This document shows positions 17,801-26,363 of a stretch of 61,221 bases of DNA, piece by piece. Origin of the DNA: a virus (Duplodnaviria; Caudoviricetes). The position numbers and the translations under genes were made by a program. The stretch spans positions 1 to 61,221 of the IMG/VR virus record IMGVR_UViG_3300033143_005346; one strand, 5' to 3'. The notes under the pieces were generated by a model. It was not told the DNA's origin, searched no databases, and saw only the letters and a program-made list of their open reading frames with translations. The stretch's first letter is position 1, and every line of letters begins with the position of its first letter.

Positions 17801-20358
17801 TCAAATGAGCCGTCTCTTTTGCCAGTTTCGACAATCTCTTGTGGACTGGGGAGTTGATCGCTGCCCCCATCTCTCGCACGTTCTGTCGGACCAACTCGTC
17901 CAGGGCTGCGTCCAACCACTCGTTGATTGAATAACCTAAGCTGCCTTGGGAGTCCTTTAGCGCGGCTGGGGTAATAGAGTTTGATGTCATTGGGAGTATC
18001 TCCTGTAGGTTCGTTGATTAATGTTTGGGCGTCGAACAATTTGCCCTGCCTCATTGGTAATGGCTTATACTCAGTGAGGATCGTTTCAACAGGGACCATG
18101 ATCTCTTTCACGATCTCTTTTATTTTTTCCTTTTCGACTACACTTTCGCGGGTTAATTCTTTGTCTGGCATCTGCAAGGCAGCCTCTGCAATCTTTAAGG
18201 TCTGGGGAAACAGGTGGGCAGTTTTTTTGTGCATCGTTTCACGGGCGCTGGAAAACTTCTCGTCGTGTGCGCCTTGGAAAGCATGGGTAAATTCATGATC
18301 GATCAAACCCTTAAGATATGTGGCATAGTGTAGTGGAGACTTGGCAGCATCTTTGTCTAAAGACAGCGGATTCATACCCATTTCTCCCGAACCTGAAGCG
18401 TACTCACCTTCAACAACCCCACCATCCACCACCAAAGACAACATCGGATAGAATGTTTCAAGTTTGCCACCAGCTGCTCCGGCATACATCCTGGCAACTG
18501 CCTCAAAAGCCAGCAGATGCTTGGCATGGAACATCGAACCACCCTTGTAACCCTTAACTCCAACGTCAACCTTTAGGTTCAACTGCTCAATGGGTGTGTA
18601 GGGAATGGTTTGGTTCAGATATGGTCGGCGCAACTGCTCCTCAATGGTGAGCTTTTCAATTGGCTTCTGTGCTTCGTTCCAGATATCGGTAACGGTTTTC
18701 ACCAGATCGTTGTACCCCTTGTCCGTCTTGGTTTTTTTAACCGTGTTCTTCCACTCGCTCCGGTTTGCCAGGCTGTGCCACTTGTGATCCACAGTAGTCC
18801 GTGCAGCCGACAGTGGATCCACAGCATATTTAGCAATAATCTTTTCAGCCAGCTGCTTGCCATCCCACTTCATCTCCATGCGTGAATCGGTCAACGGATA
18901 ATAGTTTCCTCCAGGAGTTTGGCTGGTAGTAACATCGATAATCAGCACACCAGGGAAGCCATCGTTATAAATATTATTAATACCCTGGGTGAGCTTGGCT
19001 CCGGTCTGCTTGTCCACCAGGCGAATTATCATCTTGCGGTTGTACCCCTTTGGAGCTTTGGCATAATATTTCATCGACAGATCAGATTCGTCTTTGCCCT
19101 TGTTTACAACATCTTTAAACTCTTTAAATTTTTTATTAGCAAATGGATTTTTGACCTTTTTGTTGTTATAAGAAACGGAGACATTTTTGGGCAGCACGGT
19201 GGTCTCCACATAGCGCTGGGCATCATCGTCAATAATATATTTGGCAGCCTCCACACGGATAGCCGTACCCTGTCTTGGCTCCGGCAGTGTACCAACCTGG
19301 TCAGCTTCTTGCGCTCTGGCTCCATCGTGCCGGTTATCTCTTGTTTCAAGTGACCATGTAGATGATTCGTGCGGTCCCAGGATAACAGCCTTAGCAATAC
19401 CAAACCCACCAAATCGTCCAATCGTGTCCTTGCCGGTACCATGTAAAGCCAAAAATTTATCCCTGATATCGGTGTCCGACATACCAACCCCGTTATCCAC
19501 AACCTCAAAGGATGTTCTCATGGTGCCAGGGGTTTCAGCCAGTTTGGCATCATCTATCTTTCGACCCCGCACCGGATACTCCTCGTCGGTAGACTCATGG
19601 TCATCGCTTACATAGGTTTTAATATTAATTACACCCTTTTTAATCTCACCCTTTTCCAGACTTTCCAGCACAGCATCCATTGAGTTCTGTAGACCTTCAC
19701 GCACACTGACATTTCCCAAATAGGATGTGTAAGGGTACTTGCTTTTAGCCTCATTATTCCAGGCTCTGGCTACATTAACACCATAACCGGCAGACACCTT
19801 CTCAACACTATACCGGACACCAAACTGACCAGCTGGATCCGGATTGCCCATCAGAACCATGCGGGTATGGTTGGCCCCGATTAGGTTTTCCTGGATTCCT
19901 TTGATCGCACTCTCTACCTTGCTTTTATACTCTGGATCCTTGGTATACTTTTTGGTCCGACGCGCTGCAATAATGCCACCATCGACCGGAATGGGATAGG
20001 AACCATCGTAAACATCGCTCTTGGCAAAGGCTTTAGAGTCCCAAAACATTTTCTGTAGCTCGGTGATCCTGGCTTTTAGCTTGGGTAAATTGTTCCGGAC
20101 AAATTCAAAGTTAAACCACCGGCCAGGTGTGGTATCGATCTTTAGGATCTGACCTTTCATCTGGGTGTGCAACTGATCTATAACACTGTCATATTCCTTG
20201 TCCAACATGTCCAACACGTCCTGGACTGCCTGGATTTCAGCCTCGCCTTTGGCCATATCCATATCTCTATAGTCAGAAGTCAGATCTCTCAAACGCTTTG
20301 CCGTTCCAGAATCAAAGCGTTTGCCCATTTTTTTAAGACAATATGCAAGTGTCGCCAT
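11872..20358 (-). CDS. Giant polyvalent internal-virion/ejection protein (GHKL ATPase, two HExxH motifs, ADP-ribosyltransferase-like domain, helical C-terminal region)
   Basis: 2828 aa; REGLQNSMDA / DNGVGMS / GGFGIA (GHKL); HEFTH....HDEKF; HESYH; AYHGSP...GSGEGAQAFGWGLYF...GIDGVKF...NYTVFD (ART-like); last structural gene before lysis. Confidence 0.85.
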   Translation of the reverse strand: MATLAYCLKKMGKRFDSGTAKRLRDLTSDYRDMDMAKGEAEIQAVQDVLDMLDKEYDSVIDQLHTQMKGQILKIDTTPGRWFNFEFVRNNLPKLKARITELQKMFWDSKAFAKSDVYDGSYPIPVDGGIIAARRTKKYTKDPEYKSKVESAIKGIQENLIGANHTRMVLMGNPDPAGQFGVRYSVEKVSAGYGVNVARAWNNEAKSKYPYTSYLGNVSVREGLQNSMDAVLESLEKGEIKKGVINIKTYVSDDHESTDEEYPVRGRKIDDAKLAETPGTMRTSFEVVDNGVGMSDTDIRDKFLALHGTGKDTIGRFGGFGIAKAVILGPHESSTWSLETRDNRHDGARAQEADQVGTLPEPRQGTAIRVEAAKYIIDDDAQRYVETTVLPKNVSVSYNNKKVKNPFANKKFKEFKDVVNKGKDESDLSMKYYAKAPKGYNRKMIIRLVDKQTGAKLTQGINNIYNDGFPGVLIIDVTTSQTPGGNYYPLTDSRMEMKWDGKQLAEKIIAKYAVDPLSAARTTVDHKWHSLANRSEWKNTVKKTKTDKGYNDLVKTVTDIWNEAQKPIEKLTIEEQLRRPYLNQTIPYTPIEQLNLKVDVGVKGYKGGSMFHAKHLLAFEAVARMYAGAAGGKLETFYPMLSLVVDGGVVEGEYASGSGEMGMNPLSLDKDAAKSPLHYATYLKGLIDHEFTHAFQGAHDEKFSSARETMHKKTAHLFPQTLKIAEAALQMPDKELTRESVVEKEKIKEIVKEIMVPVETILTEYKPLPMRQGKLFDAQTLINEPTGDTPNDIKLYYPSRAKGLPRQLRLFNQRVVGRSPGRVGPTERARDGGSDQLPSPQEIVETGKRDGSFDRADFTRAEAAVAKKARTEALRTLTKGIEYEYWGIPKGSTPDKVLSGDLDIATMKPEQFTANELRGLARLVGTYETGTKAELLERVVNNLDVMDSLEPFTLTDQPVLEMDKKYNLADLQLFAGVLGINPIGKKLEVADRVWRKHLQNRYHSIKGFVQFFEDIKKEIPEDVSEMWLEAQDLFHKAWGDALTVKLPEIAASLNPNFERGVIIHTDELFDALKEIEPKITKLRFDRMVKDRLRQDFILYKVYNHEALSKAQRDSLIVIDGVHYGQIGKKGVSTVNVADLVVKIDSPSLIDAIQSVAERARRRDLSTQLGVLGAEYPSIKKALKKASDKLKLRQAQAAAEADTDTQLSLLEVEAVLSSAGDFIAAFSGEKNSMSKLADQYRDRTAPIKNESIIRQVFYGETPVRISGPIEQYMATRQAKEAYAKRYMRNQGITLDDIKRLFKGTDVIKNADGSVAVTTPNGQQLIIRSVDSVDVDNANFYVNMGRVPVKGETAIGKYAEGKIELHKDLADNWALTHESYHWLEDVGFITSKESDVLRDHIQELHANNRWEPKNIKDVGGAEDRADYVAWSINNRAKQKGLIDRIIQKIKDLIDGFVGMFKLTPQSIVRDIETGKVYQGPKRKSFARKFLGPQYQTTAYHGSPSFFKRFRTRFIGSGEGAQAFGWGLYFSDKKSIAKEYADRLGSDSWANLSWKTPTGTVVLWKNGQSISYGPDQFMSEMRGKARDERHADSMAVVKATLTEDIYIEDHAIHAAYLNTGEAGVVAAIQDIVDNLIAGYEIDIGVNKTEHKRMKAAGKDKGAGLMTRQIQGQQDALNYLKTIRPDSISQMTMEREKTRALYKVMLHKGKDPNEYDWLPWGDSVAEAQAKKIVDQAIDENWLVDDLVDLEETLGFAEGYEPSTGQESYGLIGDTLLMQDEPGPFRQSFDQYEKANKKASLFLLRAGIDGVKFPSGTLSGVEDSPHFNYTVFDENAVDIEAVEQYTTATPQDQEFMREHGNSAAAENVSRSLRDHAMTGWGKIGRWMSRMKEVGIGEFEDTTAWERLLFTPIHYFSKVPAAGAMVEDATQRSDNYYKGLNFIEKDQNGKSRIRIGRKLQKTNKKEYRAINKYLDDNDMNKYGYTVKMKEGIEESSGKTFEIKDPEGKVVGTANSYDDGWAEATRLEVAKLAEQGYSELAQDWVQGTREMSHNVFNIMRGALNDLIKRYNAKGLDLPSVATWVDGARVEVDLKVALAKMGQMRGYYMPRIRKPGRFSMYARPKKGYEDKFHPILKHFETKSFAAAEASRKVYENYIVDIEKINKMPEDVFKIAGQVVAFQEMMNKALEQVSGEMKKGVAADVMAELEKAQLKMGQQLAEGVANIFKGRGVRAHMIMRNDATGTGVWKGYEEDSVQRMAKYVRGVAAGEAKKKMMLDMLRHMTGTDISWQEYRAEHTRAGLEATYKDYLEFVKNRRIDPIKQRNAFHDALTYMEDMGRNDEAVDRMIGMVKGLAVLKYLGGRVSAPLVNLTALATSVPAAMRGFAKIPMHKVPGLLSRSMKGYLEYWRAGRSGRDPNMPGWMNDLFEEIEDNGWHTAQYNKEALSVLKSKIGNNYDTMLETLMMGFGVTEQINRVATIAGAYIGQREANQKTWDAAGADERKVLHKQWLETAKESSDKAHGVYSKANRPHYARGANPMARLAQMFYVFKTFSHNYLQTMYDLGFKTKDRTALLYMALSPAILGGAAASPLIKVMMEAFGLLPGAPDEPEEAMYNWLEANWGETMEQIVRLGAFGLGGHGVSLKGSLEIGITDIPTSLKDLAGAPGSLVSDVVVGGKSILRGDWAKGIERMSPNFIGSGIKAYRESTQGVTTNSNAPLFYGREVVKLDWTETMFRGLSFNPARIAKIRERQWKERKVEQNMAGLRHDIYARIKAFYNQPKVKRSKVRYLDILEEIRTYNTLVQRSGKPFPVITHKSIKNNLRRAFRPSKRERLRRTD

Positions 20359-20576
20359 TAGTCAAATATTCCTGCTTCAGCCATAATGATTAATAATTCT
20401 AAGAAATCTTTATCATCCCTAATCGCTACTTCCAAGTCCATGTCTTCATAAACAATCCGATATTTTTGTCTGGCAGCCGATGACGGACCGGTAACAACAA
20501 TCGTAATAATCGTCCCAAACCCCAAGGTGGCGATCAGTCCCGCTTTCTTCCCATATCCTTTTGTGATTATACTCAT
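20358..20576 (-). CDS. Hypothetical protein
   Basis: 72 aa; repeated ITKGYG/IATLGFG; TAATG coupling to the giant gene. Confidence 0.65.
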   Translation of the reverse strand: MSIITKGYGKKAGLIATLGFGTIITIVVTGPSSAARQKYRIVYEDMDLEVAIRDDKDFLELLIIMAEAGIFD

Positions 20577-20581
20577 TTCGT

Positions 20582-21754
20582 TTATACACGGGTTCTTTCT
20601 GCAACCTCAGTGTCAGCTTCTGTGGCTGGGCTTCCGTCAAATTTCTTAAGATCGAAACGTGCTATTTCAGTTACATTATCTTCTTTATAAAAAATCATCT
20701 GTGTGCCATCGCGCTTCCACCTTCCACCAGTCATATCATTTACAAAAATACCATCGTTATGCAACCAAACTGCGTCCGCTATATCTTCAGCGGTTGTTAC
20801 ATCTATGCTTGTGACTTCAGCGAAGTCCAGAAACATGTGGTGGGCTGCATTATATGTTGTTACGTTGTGAATTAGCCTGACTTTTACCTCGTTACTATTT
20901 GTTCTATCAATATTTCTTTCATAGTATTCTTGCTCATATTCAGAATCAGAAGTGATGCCTCCTGGCAAAAATTCCTCTATTGCTTTCTCCCACGCAGACG
21001 CTTCATAGTTATACACCCACAATTCAATATAATGCGTTAAGCCTGGCGTTCCCTCATACCTTCCAAAGACACGAAAAACCCCCGCCCTGTTGTCATCCGG
21101 AACATTAAATACCAGCTCAGCCGTTAAACCATCAGCAGCATCTTCTTCAATTTCCCAATAAGTATTATCCTTAACGTTGGTTGAAAGATATGTCCCAGAG
21201 TCTTGTGTTCCATAAATTACCGAACCGGCACCAGCAGCATCGCTGTCAGTAGATGATGCTGCAGCAATGTCGGCTTTAGTTGCCAACTCTGCACCGTATG
21301 AACCGTCTTCCTTATGATCTGCTCCTTGTTCATCCCAGACACCATCGACAATATCTGCTTTATCCTGTTCGGTTACTCCAGATCCGCTAACAATAGTTTG
21401 CCTACCCACAGAGTTATTTCCCAAGATGCTAATCCCGTTTGACGGTATGTAAACATCGACCAAATTATTGTCGTAGTCCGTTAGGATCACATTGTAATTG
21501 CTGCCAGTAAAATCAAACGTATATCCATTTGTGATTTCCACAGACGGCGTTTTAGGTATACCCGACAACGTTACAGTTTCATACCAGTTAGCTATCCGTG
21601 GAGCCCATAGTCCATCAGCAAATGCCCACTCCAAACGTCTAAGTTCTTCGTGGACATCTACCAGGCTAAGCGAATAGTTATTACCACTCAAAAAGGAAAG
21701 ATCACCCTGGGGAATGGTGAATATTTTAGCTACCCAATCAACTGAGTAGGACAT
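20582..21754 (-). CDS. Putative virion structural protein
   Basis: 390 aa, acidic and beta-rich; DIVDGVW/DIADAVW repeats seen in phage structural proteins. Confidence 0.7.
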   Translation of the reverse strand: MSYSVDWVAKIFTIPQGDLSFLSGNNYSLSLVDVHEELRRLEWAFADGLWAPRIANWYETVTLSGIPKTPSVEITNGYTFDFTGSNYNVILTDYDNNLVDVYIPSNGISILGNNSVGRQTIVSGSGVTEQDKADIVDGVWDEQGADHKEDGSYGAELATKADIAAASSTDSDAAGAGSVIYGTQDSGTYLSTNVKDNTYWEIEEDAADGLTAELVFNVPDDNRAGVFRVFGRYEGTPGLTHYIELWVYNYEASAWEKAIEEFLPGGITSDSEYEQEYYERNIDRTNSNEVKVRLIHNVTTYNAAHHMFLDFAEVTSIDVTTAEDIADAVWLHNDGIFVNDMTGGRWKRDGTQMIFYKEDNVTEIARFDLKKFDGSPATEADTEVAERTRV

Positions 21755-21756
21755 GT

Positions 21757-23496
21757 TTAAACCTCGGCTTCCATCGTCCCTGAGAAACTAAATCCAGCCG
21801 AACCGATCGTCCCAGATATTGGAATGATCTTATCGATACCGGAAGAATCACCATGCCTGACCCAACCACGCACAGGAATGGGTGTGTCGTCATAGATCAA
21901 TGTGTTGCTGAACGTCTTGGTTGTGCCACCACCTACCATTGAGTCATACATAATGGCATGGAAACCTGGATCGCTTGCGACAATTGGATCGTCCTGCACA
22001 GTTCCTACCAACTGGAAAGTACTTGTAGCCCATGAATCATACTCATAAAACTTATAGGTCGAAGTACCATCTTTCAGCACACCAAACCAACCGGTCTGTG
22101 GAGTATCTGCTGCAATTGCTTCATTGACCTCAATCTCCGTCGAAGTAACGATCTCGCCGACACAGGTATATACCGTGTAGTCAGGAGCTTCAAGCCCTGA
22201 GTCCTTCGGGGCAAGGAACACATGCAGATCGTCGCCAGAGTCAAGAGCTAAAATTGAACCAGAAACGCTGACAAAGTTTGGCGGTGAAATAATATTACCA
22301 TCCAAATCGATAAATGAATCGGCTGATCCGATTTCACCTGAATCAAAACCGATACCGAAAGCACCAATCCAGGCACCAGTAAACTGAGCAAGGTGATGTG
22401 GGTTGGTTGTCAGCTTGTCCACTGTGCCGGTAACTGTGGCTGTACCTGTACCGTTGCCTGTAATAACATCGGTTGCGACAGGTGGTATGCCAGTGCCCAG
22501 ATGCAAGATATAGCGCGTCATTGATGTGCCGTCGAAGTTATCGACACCAATCAGATTGCCGCTACCTGTAACCCAATCGCACGTTTCATTCTGCACATGA
22601 GTACCCGTACCCGAAGTAATCGGACAATCAAACAGGCGACCAGTCCACAAATTTCCGTCAATACCATAAAGAGTTTCAGCAGACCCATCGACAAGTAAAG
22701 ACTTAACTCTCTCGTAAAGCTCTTTCTTCGTCGTTTCGGGAGAGTACGACCATTCGCCAAGATATGGCTTGCTGCCGTTACCGTCAAGATCCAAGGACTT
22801 GTAACCAAGAATCGTGTTACTGGTAACATCCATGGTATAGGCTTGCACCGTGACAAGCGCAACAGTATTCTGCGGATCATCAGCGGTTGTGATAGATGCT
22901 ACCGACTCACCAAGGGCCAGAGTGGTTTCCCAAATCGCATAGGTTTCAAACCATGTGCTTGCCTTAACGACAATCCGCAGACCATCAATATCAGCACCTG
23001 TATCACGGCCCTTAACCATGACACGCAACAACGTATTGCCATCCGTCTGGTTCTTGCCATTGCCCCAGTGCGACGTTAGCTCAACTTCGTCCTGAATGAT
23101 CTTCACCGGCAAAGGCGTGGAGGTCACACCCAACACAATCAAACCATAGTAAATATCAGCACCGCCATTCTGCGATACTGAGCCACCAAAGTGTTGCTCC
23201 ATTACCGTATCGGTCACAGTATAATTAACAGCATAATCAGTCGTGTGATCGTTCAACGTGACAATCTTGCCCAGCGCTTCTTCCTTTGACGGGTTAGGAA
23301 AAGACAAGTTGATTTCATCATCACCAGAAATTATAAAATCCCACGCCAATTTTTGGAGCGCTCGGTTAATCCACTTAACGTGAAAAGTGTGAGTACCTGT
23401 CACAAAAGTAATAGCACCGGAAGCCGCTACTTTGTATTGTGCAAGCCAAGCTGCAATCGCTGTTGCACTGTCAGCGTCAGTATCATAAATAGCCAT
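21757..23496 (-). CDS. Putative virion structural/tail protein
   Basis: 579 aa, T/G/D-rich beta protein; AAGGAG RBS. Confidence 0.7.
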   Translation of the reverse strand: MAIYDTDADSATAIAAWLAQYKVAASGAITFVTGTHTFHVKWINRALQKLAWDFIISGDDEINLSFPNPSKEEALGKIVTLNDHTTDYAVNYTVTDTVMEQHFGGSVSQNGGADIYYGLIVLGVTSTPLPVKIIQDEVELTSHWGNGKNQTDGNTLLRVMVKGRDTGADIDGLRIVVKASTWFETYAIWETTLALGESVASITTADDPQNTVALVTVQAYTMDVTSNTILGYKSLDLDGNGSKPYLGEWSYSPETTKKELYERVKSLLVDGSAETLYGIDGNLWTGRLFDCPITSGTGTHVQNETCDWVTGSGNLIGVDNFDGTSMTRYILHLGTGIPPVATDVITGNGTGTATVTGTVDKLTTNPHHLAQFTGAWIGAFGIGFDSGEIGSADSFIDLDGNIISPPNFVSVSGSILALDSGDDLHVFLAPKDSGLEAPDYTVYTCVGEIVTSTEIEVNEAIAADTPQTGWFGVLKDGTSTYKFYEYDSWATSTFQLVGTVQDDPIVASDPGFHAIMYDSMVGGGTTKTFSNTLIYDDTPIPVRGWVRHGDSSGIDKIIPISGTIGSAGFSFSGTMEAEV

Positions 23497-23508
23497 TTCA
23501 ATCTCCTT

Positions 23509-25152
23509 TTAAATAGGTTCTAAACTTATTGTTGTAGCAAATCCGTCTGCCGTTATTATACCTGTAAAATCTTGTTGCACAAAATCGGGAGCCGATATAT
23601 TAAATTCTCTCGCCCACCCAACTATATCAACAGGCGTTGAGCCTGTATATCCCGTTGACGCTACACCACCTGCGTTACAGGCTGCTTCTAATATTTCGCT
23701 TTTGTCTGATTCTAACATCACGCGCACCCTGCATGTCGTGCCAATAGGCAGCTTTGTGGCAGCATTAAGCACCGTTACGCTTACGGGCACAGAGCTTGAA
23801 ATATTTACAGTATCGCCAAGTCGTTCTTTGTAATAGCTGACCGTCCCGCTTGTCCCACTATGCGATACTGTCCACGTTACATCACCTCCGGTATCTTGAA
23901 AATAAAGAACTGAAGTAGCTTGTTGGTCTGACGCACTAAAACCTTCAAATGTCATGTTCGTGAGATTTATTGTTTGAGGCGCAGATGTTCCAAACTCAAT
24001 TGCATGATGGGAACCAGCACCCTTTGAAAAGACCATATCGTTTAAGTATGTGTTGGGGTCTGCTGCCACATCCCACAGTAAAGCTGCCCCACCATCTGCA
24101 CCCCCACCCGTAGCAGAAGATTCAAGAACATTGCTGAAAGACAAATCCGCCTGTTGCGGGTCAATCTGATCACAACGCAGCCAGGTGCAAGATAGTGCTA
24201 TGGTATTAGAATCAAAATCAAAAGTGCCCATATCCTGAAACGAGCAGTTCGTTAAAATTACGGTTGCATCGTTTGTTGTTATCCATCTTCCCCTTGAAAC
24301 TGTTGTCGTGTCCAGTTGGATAAATTGAAAATTGGTCATTTCAATATTAGAGCCGGCATTTTCAATTTCAATAGTATTAAAATTTGATGTTACTTTTGGA
24401 CACCACTTAATAAAAATAGTTACATCTGAATCTCTAAAATCAACAGCGGTACCAGCTGTGCCAAGATGTATGCGCCCCTGCCACAGATAACCACCAGCAG
24501 CTTCTTGTATTAATCCCCACCTATTACTTTGATTATCATTCTGTACTGCAAATCCAGCAATAGTTGCATAATTGGCAGCTTCTCCATCTTCAAAAATAGC
24601 AGAGCACCTACCAAATCGCATGACATCAACTTGATGTACTTCACCTTTAGAAGGATACGCAGTTAGAGCTACCTGAGCACCAGCATATCGATCTATTGTT
24701 TTAGTTCCAGCCCCAGCTGCGTCTCTTGTGACTGTGGTATTTACAGCATGACACTGCCAACCCCCATAGGGCATCGGTGTTTTATCGTTGCCACCAACAT
24801 ACCACACATCAAAGTTGTTTACGTCATTACCAATAAGAACCGCAAGTCCTGCTGTACCTGAGATTGACCCTGCATAATCATCTATTGCAAATGGAGATGA
24901 AAATGCTTGCCAAACAAGAAACGCACCATCTGTCGGCAACGAAATAGTGGAGCCATAATCATATCCTAAATTTCCAAGTGTCTTACTTTTGCTGCATGTT
25001 TGAGTTACAGCATATGACCCTTGAATATAGGGATAATCAGCATCAGTATATGATGGCGTACCTTGTGTGTTGGTAGAAAAGTTCACCCACCCTGACGCTT
25101 CATCACCAGTAGCTATGTCTGTTAAATCTTCTGTATAATTTGGGACGGCCAT
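23509..25152 (-). CDS. Putative tail spike/structural protein with beta-helix-like region
   Basis: 547 aa; repeating short beta-strand pattern (VILTNCSFQDMGTF, NLTNMTFEGF). Confidence 0.65.
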   Translation of the reverse strand: MAVPNYTEDLTDIATGDEASGWVNFSTNTQGTPSYTDADYPYIQGSYAVTQTCSKSKTLGNLGYDYGSTISLPTDGAFLVWQAFSSPFAIDDYAGSISGTAGLAVLIGNDVNNFDVWYVGGNDKTPMPYGGWQCHAVNTTVTRDAAGAGTKTIDRYAGAQVALTAYPSKGEVHQVDVMRFGRCSAIFEDGEAANYATIAGFAVQNDNQSNRWGLIQEAAGGYLWQGRIHLGTAGTAVDFRDSDVTIFIKWCPKVTSNFNTIEIENAGSNIEMTNFQFIQLDTTTVSRGRWITTNDATVILTNCSFQDMGTFDFDSNTIALSCTWLRCDQIDPQQADLSFSNVLESSATGGGADGGAALLWDVAADPNTYLNDMVFSKGAGSHHAIEFGTSAPQTINLTNMTFEGFSASDQQATSVLYFQDTGGDVTWTVSHSGTSGTVSYYKERLGDTVNISSSVPVSVTVLNAATKLPIGTTCRVRVMLESDKSEILEAACNAGGVASTGYTGSTPVDIVGWAREFNISAPDFVQQDFTGIITADGFATTISLEPI

Positions 25153-25556
25153 CTGTTTATTATCTCTCCCTCAACATACTCGATAGTGTGTTTATCTGCC
25201 AAATAAAACGTTCTCGACTTTTGATTTTGATTAACCAATACAACCGATATACCCTCCGCTTGAAAGTACGAAACTTGTCGTAATACCAAATCAGATGGTA
25301 GATTTTCTAACGATCCCACAATTACATTGTCTGTCCATTTCTCAAACAAAACATCACATTTATCTGGTCTTAAATCAATATGTGCTTCACCCATCTGTTT
25401 CCAACAACACTCAAAGGCTTTGCAACATTCAGGTCGATTATCATAAATTTTACATCCAACCTTCTCGTCACAATGTTTACATAACTCGCCTTCTTTGCTG
25501 TTAGTATCAGGTATATTCAAATGTAAACAACACAATGTGCACCCACCGCACTCCAT
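25122..25556 (-). CDS. YkgJ-family (CxxCxxCC) cysteine-cluster protein
   Basis: CGGCTLCC...CKHC...CKIYDNRPECCKAFECCW. Confidence 0.75.
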   Translation of the reverse strand: MECGGCTLCCLHLNIPDTNSKEGELCKHCDEKVGCKIYDNRPECCKAFECCWKQMGEAHIDLRPDKCDVLFEKWTDNVIVGSLENLPSDLVLRQVSYFQAEGISVVLVNQNQKSRTFYLADKHTIEYVEGEIINRWPSQIIQKI

Positions 25557-25563
25557 TTTATTA

Positions 25564-26028
25564 TTAGCCTTTCCTGGTTTGTTTTACGATCATTTCTGCA
25601 AGCATTTTCAATTCCTCTGTTCGGTCCTTTCGTATCATGCCCTTAACCCTCTCCATCGTTATGACTAAATCCTTTGATTCCTGCACTCTGGCATCGGCCA
25701 TTTCTTTTAGCTGATCCTTTATTCCACCAACCTCTACCTTTACCTCGTCAATCTTTTTACAGTAAGTTCCCTGGAACCTTATGCAGTCACCCGCATGTTG
25801 ATAACGGGCCGAACCGTCCGCACTGTATATTTCGTGCTTTTTAACGGTGTTAGCCATATCTATTGCCGTAACCTGTTGTGTGTGAGCAATCATCTCAACC
25901 TTGTCTACCCTTCCAGCCAGCGCTGGTATTTTATATCTTACAGTTACAATTATAGCTATAACAAAAGCTCCAGTTATTAAAAACATTGGGACCCAAATAG
26001 ACGCTGTTTTTATAATTGTTTCTAACAT
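25564..26028 (-). CDS. Membrane-anchored coiled-coil protein
   Basis: N-terminal TM helix (IWVPMFLITGAFVIAIIVTV) followed by a helical region. Confidence 0.7.
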   Translation of the reverse strand: MLETIIKTASIWVPMFLITGAFVIAIIVTVRYKIPALAGRVDKVEMIAHTQQVTAIDMANTVKKHEIYSADGSARYQHAGDCIRFQGTYCKKIDEVKVEVGGIKDQLKEMADARVQESKDLVITMERVKGMIRKDRTEELKMLAEMIVKQTRKG

Positions 26029-26363
26029 TATTTAATCCTCTCAAGGTCTACTTCCTGGATAAAACCCTTATTGTCACGCTGTGTAACCCTCACTCTCCAC
26101 CGCCTTGGCGGATCCATTTCTGGATATGGTGGTATGGTAATCACGGGTGCATCCATCTTGATAACCGGCGTCGGAAGGTCACGGGACAGATGTAACACAA
26201 CATTATCCAGGAGCTCCACAGCCTTTGCGTTGTTCGTGGACATCTGGCTTATAGCATCCCGTACCGTCAAAATCAACCGGTCCGATGTAACCGCAGAAAT
26301 CTTTTTGGATTTCTTGGCAACCTTACTGGAATTTTTCCCATTATCTTTTAAAAAGACTTTCAT
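26028..26363 (-). CDS. Hypothetical protein
   Basis: ATGA overlap with the upstream gene gives start 26363; C-terminal WRVRVTQRDNKGFIQEVD. Confidence 0.65.
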   Translation of the reverse strand: MKVFLKDNGKNSSKVAKKSKKISAVTSDRLILTVRDAISQMSTNNAKAVELLDNVVLHLSRDLPTPVIKMDAPVITIPPYPEMDPPRRWRVRVTQRDNKGFIQEVDLERIK

